IMG/VR virus record: IMGVR_UViG_3300037511_000399
DNA: 60,524 nucleotides
From: a virus
Reading direction: 5' to 3' (one strand)
Shown here: in pieces, positions 7,943 through 16,661 of the stretch
Numbering within the stretch: position 1 is the first letter of the stretch
Layout: each line of letters starts with the position of its first letter
Notes under the pieces: model-generated
What the model was told of the DNA's origin: nothing
Database searches by the model: none
Seen by the model: the letters and a program-made list of their open reading frames with translations, nothing else
Made by a program: the position numbers and the translations under genes

Positions 7943-8803
7943 ATGATGAACGCCAGCCTCGCAACCCGGTTCAGCAGCAACGCCCGTCGCAACCAGGTTT
8001 TCAGCAGCACGGGTCTCGCGCTCAGCGAAAACGACCTGATGCGCATCGCCCCGAGCGTGTTCGCGGAGAGCGCGCACGAGTCGCGCAGCGCGCGCTACGC
8101 GCACATCCCGACCGTCGAGGTGCTGCGCGGCCTGGCAGCCGAGGGCTTCCGGCCGTTCTTCGCGGTGCAGGGTAAGTGCCGGGTCGAGGGCAAAGAAAAC
8201 TTCACCAAGCACATGCTCCGCTTCCGGCACGAGTCGGCCATCGCGCGCAGCGGCGCCGACGTCAACGAGGTCATTCTCATCAACAGCCACGACGGCACGA
8301 GCAGCTATCAGATGCTCGCCGGATGCTTTCGCTTCGTGTGCGCCAACGGCCTGATCGCGGGCTCGATCGTCGAGGACATCCGAATCAAGCACAGTGGCCG
8401 CGTCGTGGTCGAGGTCGTCGAGGGCGCGCACCGCATCCTGAGCGGCTTCGCGGAGGTCGACGCGAGCAAAGACGCGTTCAAGTCGCTGCAGCTCACCGCA
8501 GGCGAGCAACAGGCATTCGCGCGCGCTGCGCTCGCGGTCCGCTATCCCGAGGCGCAGGCAGGCGAAACGCCCATCACCGCCGAGCAGGTGATCGCCCCCC
8601 GTCGGTACGAGGACCGCGACGGCTCGCTGTGGGCAACGTTCAACTCCGCGCAAGAGAACCTGACCCAGGGCGGGCTGCGCACGACCGACCGTCGCCGGCG
8701 CACGCACACCCGCGCGGTCAACGGAATCGACGGGAACGTGGCCATCAACCGCGGCCTGTGGGTGCTCGCCGAGGAGATGCGCAAGCTCCGCAACGCGGCC
8801 TAG
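7943..8803 (+). CDS. DUF932-like protein (family common on ICEs, plasmids and prophages)
   Basis: ORF-track 286 aa. Motifs YAHIPT..VL..L and INSHDGTSSY are recalled from the DUF932/pfam06067-type family. Confidence 0.6.
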   Translation: MMNASLATRFSSNARRNQVFSSTGLALSENDLMRIAPSVFAESAHESRSARYAHIPTVEVLRGLAAEGFRPFFAVQGKCRVEGKENFTKHMLRFRHESAIARSGADVNEVILINSHDGTSSYQMLAGCFRFVCANGLIAGSIVEDIRIKHSGRVVVEVVEGAHRILSGFAEVDASKDAFKSLQLTAGEQQAFARAALAVRYPEAQAGETPITAEQVIAPRRYEDRDGSLWATFNSAQENLTQGGLRTTDRRRRTHTRAVNGIDGNVAINRGLWVLAEEMRKLRNAA

Positions 8804-8883
8804 CTCGAAGCTACCGCCGTGGCTCGGGGGCACGGTCCCCGGGCCTAGGCGGGCGCTTGGGGCGCTCGAGGAGACAGGAACCC

Positions 8884-9189
8884 ATGGCGAAGCTGATTAC
8901 GCTCGAGATCAACAGGCGACACGACTCCCGGGGCTTCTGGCTGCGTTGCGCGCTGTTCACGTTTGCTCTGCATTGGTGGCCGCGTTGGCGCGCGATGCCC
9001 GGGCTCTGCATCACGCTGTGGGCAGGGCGCGGAGCGGGCTACGTCAGCACGAAGTGGCGCATCGCCCTGCCGACGCTCTTTCTCGCGGTCAACGCCAAGG
9101 GCGGTCGGCGTTGGCTCTACGCGCCGGCGCGGTTTCGCGCGGGCCTGACCTGGAACGCAAATGAAGTGCCCTACCACTTCGGGAGCTGA
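8884..9189 (+). CDS. hypothetical Trp/Arg-rich, partly hydrophobic protein
   Basis: In frame of ORF 8176..9189. ATG 8884, preceded by GAGGAG at 8868-8873. Confidence 0.5.
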   Translation: MAKLITLEINRRHDSRGFWLRCALFTFALHWWPRWRAMPGLCITLWAGRGAGYVSTKWRIALPTLFLAVNAKGGRRWLYAPARFRAGLTWNANEVPYHFGS

Positions 9190-9201
9190 GCGCAGCATTC
9201 C

Positions 9202-9231
9202 CTTGCACGCAGGTCAATCGCGCGCGAGAGT
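9202..9231 (+). promoter_or_regulatory. promoter-like element copy B (TTGCAC-N17-GAGAGT)
   Basis: CTTGCACGCAGGTCAATCGCGCGC aligns with copies A and C. The ATG at 9240 lies 8 nt after the -10-like hexamer, so the leader is very short or absent. Confidence 0.45.
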
Positions 9232-9239
9232 CGGCAACC

Positions 9240-9548
9240 ATGCGCAAGCCACGCCAGACAGCCGCGGCACTCGCTCGCGAGATGCACGCTGCAGACCCGA
9301 CCCTGACCACCTCGCAGATCGCGGCGGCGCTCTCCGAACGGCTCAAGCGCAAGATCGTGCATCAGCAGGTACAGGACGCATTGCGCGCGGAGTCGAGCAA
9401 GCCGGGCCCCCGAGCTCGCTACGAGCGTCCGGCGCGCTTGATGGCCACCGTCAGCGCGGAGACGCTGGAACGCGTGCAGGCCGAGGCGGACGCCGCAGGG
9501 GTGTCACTGTCGGAATGGGTCGAGAGACGCCTCGGCACGCCGCTGTAG
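9240..9548 (+). CDS. ribbon-helix-helix (CopG-like) DNA-binding protein (putative)
   Basis: ORF-track 102 aa. The C-terminal ATVSAETLERVQAEADAAGVSLSEWVERRL fits the RHH beta-alpha-alpha pattern. Confidence 0.5.
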   Translation: MRKPRQTAAALAREMHAADPTLTTSQIAAALSERLKRKIVHQQVQDALRAESSKPGPRARYERPARLMATVSAETLERVQAEADAAGVSLSEWVERRLGTPL

Positions 9549-9673
9549 CGCGTCAGCCAGGGTGACCCCGCAGGGGGCTGCCGGACCGCTCTGCGCCGAC
9601 ACTCGGTCCTTGGGGGCCAGGGGGCCGATCTGACCGGTCGGAGCGCTCGCATGTCGATTGTGCGCGCAGACCA

Positions 9674-9738
9674 CTTGCAACGCAGGGGAATAGTGCGCTA
9701 CGTTCTCTTTCGTCGGGCACGGCGCCCGGCAGGAGAGC
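9674..9738 (+). promoter_or_regulatory. promoter-like element copy C plus 5'-UTR hairpin covering the SD
   Basis: CTTGCAACGCAGG at 9674-9686. Hairpin 9705-9737 (CTCTTTCGTCGGGC-ACGGC-GCCCGGCAGGAGAG) has the same ACGGC loop as copy A, and the AGGAGAG SD sits in the 3' arm. ATG at 9747. Confidence 0.5.
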
Positions 9739-9746
9739 GAAACCGA

Positions 9747-10022
9747 ATGGCGACCTTCAACCTTCCCGGCGTTGCGGTGTTTCAGGACGATGAAATTGGC
9801 CGCGGCGTCAAGCACGTGATCTCGGTTGTCGAGGTCTATCCCGAGGGGCATCCCTTCACGCGCAAGGGCACGCCGTGCGTCACCCGCGTGTACGTGGGTG
9901 AGGACCCCGCGCGTGGCATTGAGCAGGCGCGCGCGCACGCGCAGCACGTGCTCACCGAGCTGCGCGCCGATCGCGCGGTGGTCTGCCACTCACACGATTA
10001 CGTGGTCGAGGTGGCGTCATGA
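9747..10022 (+). CDS. hypothetical protein
   Basis: In frame of ORF 9651..10022. ATG 9747 after AGGAGAG. MATFNLPGVAVFQDDEIGRG... Confidence 0.6.
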   Translation: MATFNLPGVAVFQDDEIGRGVKHVISVVEVYPEGHPFTRKGTPCVTRVYVGEDPARGIEQARAHAQHVLTELRADRAVVCHSHDYVVEVAS

Positions 10023-10222
10023 ACAAAACCGCGCACCGCGTGCTCGCTCGCGACGTCGACCGGTTCAATCAGGCGCTCGCCCGCGTCAGGCGCTTTGCTG
10101 AAGCCCGCGGCTGGTGGGTCGCCTACGCGGTGGAGCGCGAGGCTACCGAGATCGTCGCCTACCACCCAAACGACCTGAGCAGCGCGCCGTACCGCTTGCG
10201 CGTCGTTGTCGTGCACCCCTGA
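10019..10222 (+). CDS. hypothetical protein
   Basis: ORF-track 67 aa, ATGA-coupled start. Confidence 0.55.
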   Translation: MNKTAHRVLARDVDRFNQALARVRRFAEARGWWVAYAVEREATEIVAYHPNDLSSAPYRLRVVVVHP

Positions 10223-10272
10223 CCGGGCGTGCAGCATTGACGATACCGCGACCGCGTCGCCACGCTTGATGC

Positions 10273-10707
10273 GTGCGCTTCGCGGTCGCGTTTTTGTTGC
10301 TGCTGTCGGCCTGCTCGGTCGACGTGTACACGCCGGAGCGCCCGACAGCCGAGCAGGTCGACGCGGTCGATGCCGCGCTGTGGGTGTGGCAGGGCGAGCT
10401 CGGCGCCGTGCCTGCGTGCTGGGCTGAGCGCGATCGCCTGCGATGGCGTGTGCTCGACCGCGACGGCGTCGACCTTGTGTGCGGCGGAGTCGACACCTAC
10501 GACGGCTGCCACGTGCCGATCGATGGCGCACCCGAGATCGTCGTACTCGACACGCCAAGCGAGAGCTGGCGCCGCACGATCGAGGCGCACGAGCTGGCCC
10601 ACTGGCTACAGCACTGCAGCGGTCGCGTGCCCGAGGGCGACCCCACGCACAGCGATGCCGCGGTATGGCCCCGGCTGGTGAACGAAACGCTAGCCGCGAT
10701 GCGGTAG
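10273..10707 (+). CDS. predicted lipoprotein with HExxH zinc-metalloprotease-type motif
   Basis: ORF-track 144 aa. The N-terminus MRFAVAFLLLLSAC carries a lipobox (L-S-A-C), and HELAH appears near residue 115. Confidence 0.6.
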   Translation: MRFAVAFLLLLSACSVDVYTPERPTAEQVDAVDAALWVWQGELGAVPACWAERDRLRWRVLDRDGVDLVCGGVDTYDGCHVPIDGAPEIVVLDTPSESWRRTIEAHELAHWLQHCSGRVPEGDPTHSDAAVWPRLVNETLAAMR

Positions 10708-10766
10708 AGCGCTTGCCTCGCGTCGTGCGTTGTGGTCAGGCTCCCGAGCGAAGGGAGGTGATCGCA

Positions 10767-10811
10767 ATGCCTAAGAAGAGCAAGGGCGGTAAGGGTAAGA
10801 AGGGCTGCTGA
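10767..10811 (+). CDS. 14-codon mini-ORF MPKKSKGGKGKKGC
   Basis: ATG 10767, preceded by GGGAGGTGA at 10753-10761. The stop abuts the next ATG (TGATG). Confidence 0.35.
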   Translation: MPKKSKGGKGKKGC

Positions 10812-10948
10812 TGCGAGCCCCAGACGAAGAGAGCGACGCCCGCGCGCTCGTTACGTTCCTCGGGACGTTCGTCGCGGTGTTCGCGGTGATAGCACTGACA
10901 GCGTTCGCGCTGTCGGTGCTGTTCGCATGGGTGACGTGCAAGCTATGA
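10811..10948 (+). CDS. small single-pass membrane protein (45 aa)
   Basis: Hand-translated: MRAPDEESDARALVTFLGTFVAVFAVIALTAFALSVLFAWVTCKL. The stop overlaps the next ATG (ATGA at 10945). Confidence 0.45.
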   Translation: MRAPDEESDARALVTFLGTFVAVFAVIALTAFALSVLFAWVTCKL

Positions 10949-11550
10949 CCGACGACGAGCACGATCTCGAGGCGAAGCGCGCGGAGGCCAGCTTTGCAGA
11001 GCATCGCAAGGCGACGCCTCCGCGCGACACGCCGATCGCTGTGCTGCTGAACCGACTGCAGGCCGAGTACGAGGCACACGAGCACGCGGGCGACGATACC
11101 GGCGTTGCGCGGTTGACCGTCGCCGAGCTGCGCGTGCTGCTCGACAACGCAGGCATGGTGCCGCCGCGCGCTGCGCTGCCGGTCGATCACCGCATGCACG
11201 TGATGACGGCCGAGGGCTTCGTGCCGATGCCCCCGCCGTCGCCTGCATCGTTCTACGGTGCGATGGCGCTCTACAGGAGCCACGGCAACGTCGAGGAGCA
11301 TCAGCAAGAGCGCATGCTGCGCGTGCCGAGCGACGATCAGGCCGAGCGCGAGCGAGCGTGGCAGGCAAAGGTGCACGCGCTCGAGAATCAGAACGCGCGG
11401 CTTCAGGATGCGCTCGACCCCGACAAGACGATGGGGCTTTGCGCCGATGTGTGGGACTCAGGACACGCCGCGGGCAGGCGCTCCGTCGTTCCTGGACACG
11501 TCGAGCGCAACCCGTACCGCAAGCAGGGCGAGCCGGAGTCGAAGCAGTGA
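10945..11550 (+). CDS. hypothetical protein
   Basis: In frame of ORF 10927..11550. ATGA-coupled ATG at 10945. Confidence 0.6.
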   Translation: MTDDEHDLEAKRAEASFAEHRKATPPRDTPIAVLLNRLQAEYEAHEHAGDDTGVARLTVAELRVLLDNAGMVPPRAALPVDHRMHVMTAEGFVPMPPPSPASFYGAMALYRSHGNVEEHQQERMLRVPSDDQAERERAWQAKVHALENQNARLQDALDPDKTMGLCADVWDSGHAAGRRSVVPGHVERNPYRKQGEPESKQ

Positions 11551-11810
11551 CGTCGGACCTCGCACTCGGCTTTGTGCTCGGCGCCCTCGCGATGGCGCTG
11601 TGCGCGTGCACGCCGATCCTCTGGCGGATGTGGTGCGAGCGACCGCGGCGCTCGGCGCTCACCCCCGAGCAGCAGAGCGAGCTGTACCTGCAGCACATCG
11701 AGCAGCACATGAACACGATCGGCGGCATCAGCTCGGTGGCGCGCGGAGATCAGCAGGACGAGCACGCACGCGCGCATAGCGAGCTGCTCAGGAGCGGTGG
11801 CGCACGATGA
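11547..11810 (+). CDS. small membrane protein
   Basis: In frame of ORF 11358..11810. GTGA-coupled start. The N-terminus LALGFVLGALAMALCAC is hydrophobic. Confidence 0.5.
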   Translation: MTSDLALGFVLGALAMALCACTPILWRMWCERPRRSALTPEQQSELYLQHIEQHMNTIGGISSVARGDQQDEHARAHSELLRSGGAR

Positions 11811-12007
11811 CCGTCGATCAGCTGATCGCTGTGCTGCGGAGTCTCACGCCCGAGGAGCGCGCGCGGCCCATCGCGTTCGACAGTGGAGTGTGTGAGATCG
11901 AGAGCGTCGAGATGAACGATGGCAAGGGTGTGGGACTGCCGCCGTTCGTTGAGGTGAGCTCGGCGTACTGGGGTGACACCACGAAGGAACGGATTCGCCG
12001 ATGCTGA
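11807..12007 (+). CDS. hypothetical protein
   Basis: ORF-track 66 aa, ATGA-coupled. Confidence 0.55.
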   Translation: MTVDQLIAVLRSLTPEERARPIAFDSGVCEIESVEMNDGKGVGLPPFVEVSSAYWGDTTKERIRRC

Positions 12008-12585
12008 CTCGCCGCACCTTCCTACGCGCGCTGCTCGGTTCAGCTGCAGGCGCAGCGCTGGCGCCCATCGTCGAGCCCGGCGAGCGCGTGCGTCGCTTCT
12101 GGCAGGTGCCGCGCAGCGCGCCGGTGAACGCCCGCGCGCCATTCGCCGGCGCTGAAGCCGAGGGCCGCTCGTTCCGCTTCGCGGAGCCCGTGCGCCTGAT
12201 CGGCGAGCACGGCGCCACGCTGCGGAGTGGTCGCGCGTTCGAGCTGCAGCTTGGCAACGAGCCGCCGCGCACGCTCGCTGGTCGACTGCACGCGATCGAT
12301 GAAATGCGCGCGCTCGGCCTGGTCGAGGATGGCGGCGACCTGCGCGCGCTGCTCGAGCGGCCGGGACCGCTCAGCGCCGACGAGGCGAGGCGCACGCTCG
12401 CAAACGCGGACGCGCTGTTCGGCATCGACGCGGGCTCATATCCGCGCTGGCGTGAGGTGAACTTTTCCGACGTCCCGTCGCTGAAGGAAGCGTTGGACCG
12501 GATCGCTCGCCCTGGGCATCGCTGGGGCCGCTACGATGCCGAGCTCGGCGAGGTGGTTTATGGCGACCCGAGCGACAACGGGTGA
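12001..12585 (+). CDS. Tat-signal (twin-arginine) exported protein, function unknown
   Basis: ORF-track 194 aa. The N-terminus MLTRRTFLRALLGSAAGAALAP matches the S/T-R-R-x-F-L twin-arginine consensus followed by an h-region. Confidence 0.6.
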   Translation: MLTRRTFLRALLGSAAGAALAPIVEPGERVRRFWQVPRSAPVNARAPFAGAEAEGRSFRFAEPVRLIGEHGATLRSGRAFELQLGNEPPRTLAGRLHAIDEMRALGLVEDGGDLRALLERPGPLSADEARRTLANADALFGIDAGSYPRWREVNFSDVPSLKEALDRIARPGHRWGRYDAELGEVVYGDPSDNG

Positions 12586-13268
12586 CCGCGCATGCCTGCC
12601 CGCCTGACTGCGCGTGGTGCGACTACAACCGCGGTGCGCGCTACAGCCAAGCGTTCTGGCTTTGGGCCAGCGACCCGCAGCACGTGACGCACCCGCCCGA
12701 TCGCGACGCCAGTGACGATGCGTGGCGCGCGTGGGCCGCTGAGAATGGCCTCGAGTTCGTGACCGACGACGATCCGGGCGCGTCTGGAAACGGCGCCCCG
12801 CCTGGGGCATCCTCTGTCCACCCCCTGGACAAAAAAGGATCACCGCCCATGCCCCGTATGACCATCGAGGAAGCCCGAAAGATGACCGATCGCGAGGTCG
12901 CGGCGAAGGCCCGCGCTCTCGTGAAGTGGGCCGAGCAGAACGATGCAACGCTCGACATGGCGCACGACGTTCGCACGCTCGTGCTGCTCGCGTACTCCGG
13001 CGTGATTGCCGACGACGATGCCGCGCTCGCGCGCGAGGCCGAGGAAGCTGCGCAGAAGGCCGAGGACGCGCAGATCGAGGCCGAGGCGCAGGAGCTGGCT
13101 CGCAAGCAGAAGGTGGAGCAGCGCGCCGCCGAGCTCGCGCAGGCCAAGCCCGCGGCGACGATCCCCGCGCTCGCGCGCGAGGCCGAGGACGACCTGTCGA
13201 AGGCGAGCACCACGCCGAGCACCACGCCGAGTACCAGCGGCGACGCGCAGCCGAACACCAACACCTGA
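12582..13268 (+). CDS. hypothetical protein with coiled-coil, acidic C-terminal half
   Basis: ORF-track 228 aa, GTGA-coupled start. An alternative internal start lies at MPRMTIEE. Confidence 0.5.
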   Translation: MTAHACPPDCAWCDYNRGARYSQAFWLWASDPQHVTHPPDRDASDDAWRAWAAENGLEFVTDDDPGASGNGAPPGASSVHPLDKKGSPPMPRMTIEEARKMTDREVAAKARALVKWAEQNDATLDMAHDVRTLVLLAYSGVIADDDAALAREAEEAAQKAEDAQIEAEAQELARKQKVEQRAAELAQAKPAATIPALAREAEDDLSKASTTPSTTPSTSGDAQPNTNT

Positions 13269-13282
13269 GCGCGGCTGTGGCC

Positions 13283-13942
13283 ATGGATGACGAGGCTGCG
13301 GATGGGCTCGAGCGTGAGCCGCTCGACCTGAGCGCAGCCGTGGACGGACCGGCGTCGTTGAGCTTCAAGGAGCGGCTAGCGCTGCTCTGCGAGCGCGACG
13401 ACGCCGCGTTCATTTGGCACGACCCCACCGCGCCCGCGTGGCGCGTCGGTCACTTCGCGGTGGTCAAGATGCCGCAAGGCATCGTGCACCAGAACGCAAC
13501 GCGCCCGATGCTGCCGTGGGTCGTGGTCTACGTGCCGAGTCGTACCGTGATCCTCGACTTCGCGACTGAGGAGCGCGCTTGGCAGATGGCCGACGAGATC
13601 AGCGCCGCGTGTGGCCAGCGGCTCGAGGACTACCTCGACGGCGCTTACGACTTCGACGGCGACGACGAGCCCGTGGTGCCGATGACGCTGCGCGATTTCT
13701 TGGCTGCGGTGCCGGATGTGATCGACTGGGCGCGAGACCTCGCGCGACCGGCGCTGAGCCAGGAGCCGCGCGCGGCGGTGTGCGAGCGACCGTTCATGCG
13801 CTTCGCGCCGTGGCTGCAGGCCAAGCGCATGAACATCGCCATGCCCATGGTCGACCTGCCACGCGGTGCGATCGGCGATGAGGGTGCGCAGCAGGAGCGC
13901 GAGCACGAGCGCGTGATGGCACAGATGCGATGGGCATCGTAA
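13283..13942 (+). CDS. hypothetical protein
   Basis: In frame of ORF 12926..13942, ATG 13283, diverse composition. Confidence 0.6.
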   Translation: MDDEAADGLEREPLDLSAAVDGPASLSFKERLALLCERDDAAFIWHDPTAPAWRVGHFAVVKMPQGIVHQNATRPMLPWVVVYVPSRTVILDFATEERAWQMADEISAACGQRLEDYLDGAYDFDGDDEPVVPMTLRDFLAAVPDVIDWARDLARPALSQEPRAAVCERPFMRFAPWLQAKRMNIAMPMVDLPRGAIGDEGAQQEREHERVMAQMRWAS

Positions 13943-13959
13943 GCGAGGAGGCAAACAGC

Positions 13960-14178
13960 ATGGCCGATGCGAACGTAGGGCTTCTGAATCAGCGAGCGGA
14001 CCGACCAGGCAGCGGAGCGCTGCGAGTGCTCGTGCGCGCGATGGAGCGCGCCGAGACGCTGTCCGATGTCGACGCGTGTGCTGCGGCGATGCGGACCGTG
14101 CTCCGCATCAGCGACGAGCACGAGGCCGAGATGCGCCGCCATCAGCAGGGTGCAGTGGGCACGCTGGGCCAGCGGTGA
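13960..14178 (+). CDS. hypothetical protein
   Basis: In frame of ORF 13930..14178. ATG 13960 after GAGGAGG at 13945-13951. Confidence 0.5.
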   Translation: MADANVGLLNQRADRPGSGALRVLVRAMERAETLSDVDACAAAMRTVLRISDEHEAEMRRHQQGAVGTLGQR

Positions 14179-14218
14179 ACCTGCTGCGATGCAGCGGCGA
14201 GCCGAGGGCGTCGTCGAC

Positions 14219-14590
14219 ATGACAACGCTGCACCGCGCCATGGCCGATGCGTGGGGCCGAGAGATCGACAAGCGCGACGCGCTGGACCGCGCAGGCAAGT
14301 GCAGCGTGCGCGTTATCCGTCGGCGCGGCGAGCGCGACGTCGACCATGAGAGCAGCTACGGCTATTTCCTCGAGCACGTCTACAAGGAGGAGCCGGTGTG
14401 CTGCGGAAAGCCAGCGCGCCGTTTCCTCGATGGGCACCAGCCGATCTGTCGGAAGCACTACGACAGCAAGCGCGCCGAGCTCGAGCGCGAGCTGCCGCGG
14501 TACCGCGAGGCGAGCGAGCAGCACGACGGCAAGACCAGCGGTGAGCGCTTGGCAGAGGCGTTCGGCGTTGCGAGGGGCAAGAGAGCATGA
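14219..14590 (+). CDS. hypothetical Cys-containing protein (position compatible with a small terminase, not supported by motifs)
   Basis: In frame of ORF 14066..14590. ATG 14219, with an alternative at 14189. CCGKPARRF...ICRKHY. Confidence 0.5.
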   Translation: MTTLHRAMADAWGREIDKRDALDRAGKCSVRVIRRRGERDVDHESSYGYFLEHVYKEEPVCCGKPARRFLDGHQPICRKHYDSKRAELERELPRYREASEQHDGKTSGERLAEAFGVARGKRA

Positions 14591-14796
14591 CCCCCGAGGA
14601 AGCCGACCGCGCGATCGATCTCATGATGCAGGTCGCATCGATCGCGCTGGAGCGCTATCTGCTATTCCGCGAGCCGTACGAGTACGCCGCCGACGCCGCG
14701 CGCTGCTTCCTTGCGAGTGGAGCGATCCACGGGCCAGCGCCGGCGACGCGCAAGCGCTTGCTGCCGCTCGCCGGCGAGCTGCGCGCGTTCGGATGA
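14587..14796 (+). CDS. hypothetical protein
   Basis: ORF-track 69 aa, ATGA-coupled at both ends, immediately upstream of the large terminase. Confidence 0.55.
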   Translation: MTPEEADRAIDLMMQVASIALERYLLFREPYEYAADAARCFLASGAIHGPAPATRKRLLPLAGELRAFG

Positions 14797-16604
14797 AGCT
14801 GCACACCTATCTCTTCCTCGAGGACCAGCTCGCGGAGCTGGACGAGGAGATCAAGCGCCTGCAGCAAGCGGGCTCCGATCTGCCCGAGGTGCAGAAGGCC
14901 GCGCTGTGGCGCAGCGGTGATCTGCGTTGGAAGCTGCACCCGCACCAGCGCGATGTCTACGACCGGTTCACTGAGTGGAACCTGCGTCGACACACGCCCG
15001 AGTATCGCGCGCACGCCAAGGCGCTGCTGAAGGGCCCGCTGTACAGCTTGTGGGTCGAGGAGATCGCGCGGCGCTTCGGCAAGACGTGGAAATGGCTCGT
15101 CATCCTGTTCGAGTTCTGCATCAAGAACCCGGGCTCGCTGTTTACGTACGCGACCGCTGCGCAGAAGGATATCGGCGGCATCGTGGTGCCGCTCGCCGAA
15201 GCCATCGCGGCCGACGCGCCTGACGACGTGCGCCCCGAGTACCACCCGAGCAAGGGCGAGGTGCACGAGGGGCTGTTCTTCCCCAGCAACGGCAGCGTGA
15301 TCAAGCTGGTCGGCATCGACGTGCGACCGAAGGCGCTGCGCGGTCACTTCAGCGACGGCGTGGTGATCAGCGAAGCGGGCCACGTCGAAGGCCGCGAGCA
15401 GCATCCGCGTGGGCTCGAGGCGACCGTGCGCGGCAAGATCCTGCCGCAGTTTCAGCGCCGACCGCATGCGTTCCTCGCGCTCGAGAGCAGCAGCCCCGAG
15501 GACCCGGCGCACGACTTCCTGCGCGTGTTCCGGCCCGACGCTGAGGTCCGCGGCGCGTACGTCTCGCGCACCATCGACGACAACACCGCGATCACCGACG
15601 AGGAGCGCGAGCAGTACATCGACGAGTCGGGCGGACGCGGTCACCGCATCGCAGAGCGCGAGTATTACAACAAGGTCGAGCGCGATCCGGCGCGTGCCGT
15701 GGTGCCGGAGTTCAACCGCGCAGAGCACGTGCGCAAGCACGAGCGACCGCCGTACGCGCTGTGCGTGACCGCTGCGGACCCCGGCGCGGCGCATCTCTTC
15801 GGCCTGGTGTTCGGCTACTACGACTTTCTCGCTGCGCGCGGCATCGTTGAGTGGAGCTGGGCGAAGGCCAACCCCAGCTATCGCGAGGTCGCGTGCGTGA
15901 TCGCGTGGGCTGAGTGGCGGCTCTGGGGCCGCTGGCCCGACGAGAAGCTCGCGGAGATCCCCGTTGACGATGTGAAACGCCTGGGTTGGAAACAGCTGCT
16001 CGCGAGCACGCCGGCGACGCTCGAGCATTACGCCGAGCTCGCGCGCATGGCTGCTGCGACCGGCGAGGCGCGCGAGCCCGAGCGCTGGCGCAAGTTCGTT
16101 CCGGAAGGGCACTTCGGATTCTGGAACGGCCGCGAATACCAGCAGAACCCGATCGCGCGCGTCAGCGACGTCGACAAGCTGATGATCCGATCGCTGCAGG
16201 CTGAGTACGGCGTGGCGTTCACGCAGACCGCGAAGGATCACGCCATCGTGCAGATCAACAACCTGCGCGATGCCTTCGGCGGCGATCGGATCTCGCTGCT
16301 GCCGACGGCTGGCCCGGTCATCGACCACACCGAAAAGGCGACGAAGAAAGAGGGAACCGACGATTGGGAAGTGCACCCGGTCTATGGCCACTTCGATGCG
16401 CTCGCGGCCGAGGTCTACTTCTGGCGCAACCTCGACCAGCACCGGAACCCGTACCCACCTGCGGCCGCGCTCGCGACCGCGCAGCACTTCGTGCCGCCCC
16501 AGAAGCGCACGCGCACGCCCGAGGAGCGCATGGCGTTCGGCGACGGCAACAGCGGCCGCAAGGTGGTCGGCAGGGCGCGCGGGCTCAAGCGCAGCCGCCG
16601 CTGA
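14793..16604 (+). CDS. terL: terminase large subunit
   Basis: In frame of ORF 14247..16604, ATGA-coupled ATG 14793, 603 aa. Walker-A-like ARRFGKTW, Walker-B-like VVISEAG, and an acidic ADPG... segment in the C-terminal half (nuclease-like). A portal-sized gene follows. Confidence 0.8.
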   Translation: MKLHTYLFLEDQLAELDEEIKRLQQAGSDLPEVQKAALWRSGDLRWKLHPHQRDVYDRFTEWNLRRHTPEYRAHAKALLKGPLYSLWVEEIARRFGKTWKWLVILFEFCIKNPGSLFTYATAAQKDIGGIVVPLAEAIAADAPDDVRPEYHPSKGEVHEGLFFPSNGSVIKLVGIDVRPKALRGHFSDGVVISEAGHVEGREQHPRGLEATVRGKILPQFQRRPHAFLALESSSPEDPAHDFLRVFRPDAEVRGAYVSRTIDDNTAITDEEREQYIDESGGRGHRIAEREYYNKVERDPARAVVPEFNRAEHVRKHERPPYALCVTAADPGAAHLFGLVFGYYDFLAARGIVEWSWAKANPSYREVACVIAWAEWRLWGRWPDEKLAEIPVDDVKRLGWKQLLASTPATLEHYAELARMAAATGEAREPERWRKFVPEGHFGFWNGREYQQNPIARVSDVDKLMIRSLQAEYGVAFTQTAKDHAIVQINNLRDAFGGDRISLLPTAGPVIDHTEKATKKEGTDDWEVHPVYGHFDALAAEVYFWRNLDQHRNPYPPAAALATAQHFVPPQKRTRTPEERMAFGDGNSGRKVVGRARGLKRSRR

Positions 16605-16661
16605 CCCGTTGTGGGCCCGCAAGGGCCCGTGCTAGGTTTTTGGACACCTGGTGTACATCGG

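Noticed and set aside
14655-16622. Very long antisense or alternative-frame ORFs. Examples are 14655-16622(-), 1475-2638(-), 17762-19531(-), 22203-24881(-), 32387-34618(-), 39876-41798(-), 42561-44408(-), 36545-37288(-) and many 60-300-aa ORFs rich in Arg/Ala/Pro.
   Set aside because: These are typical shadow ORFs of high-G+C DNA. Their products are dominated by R/A/P/G and they lack coupled starts or SD sequences. They lie opposite frames that have clear motifs (terminase, portal, capsid, tail fibre).
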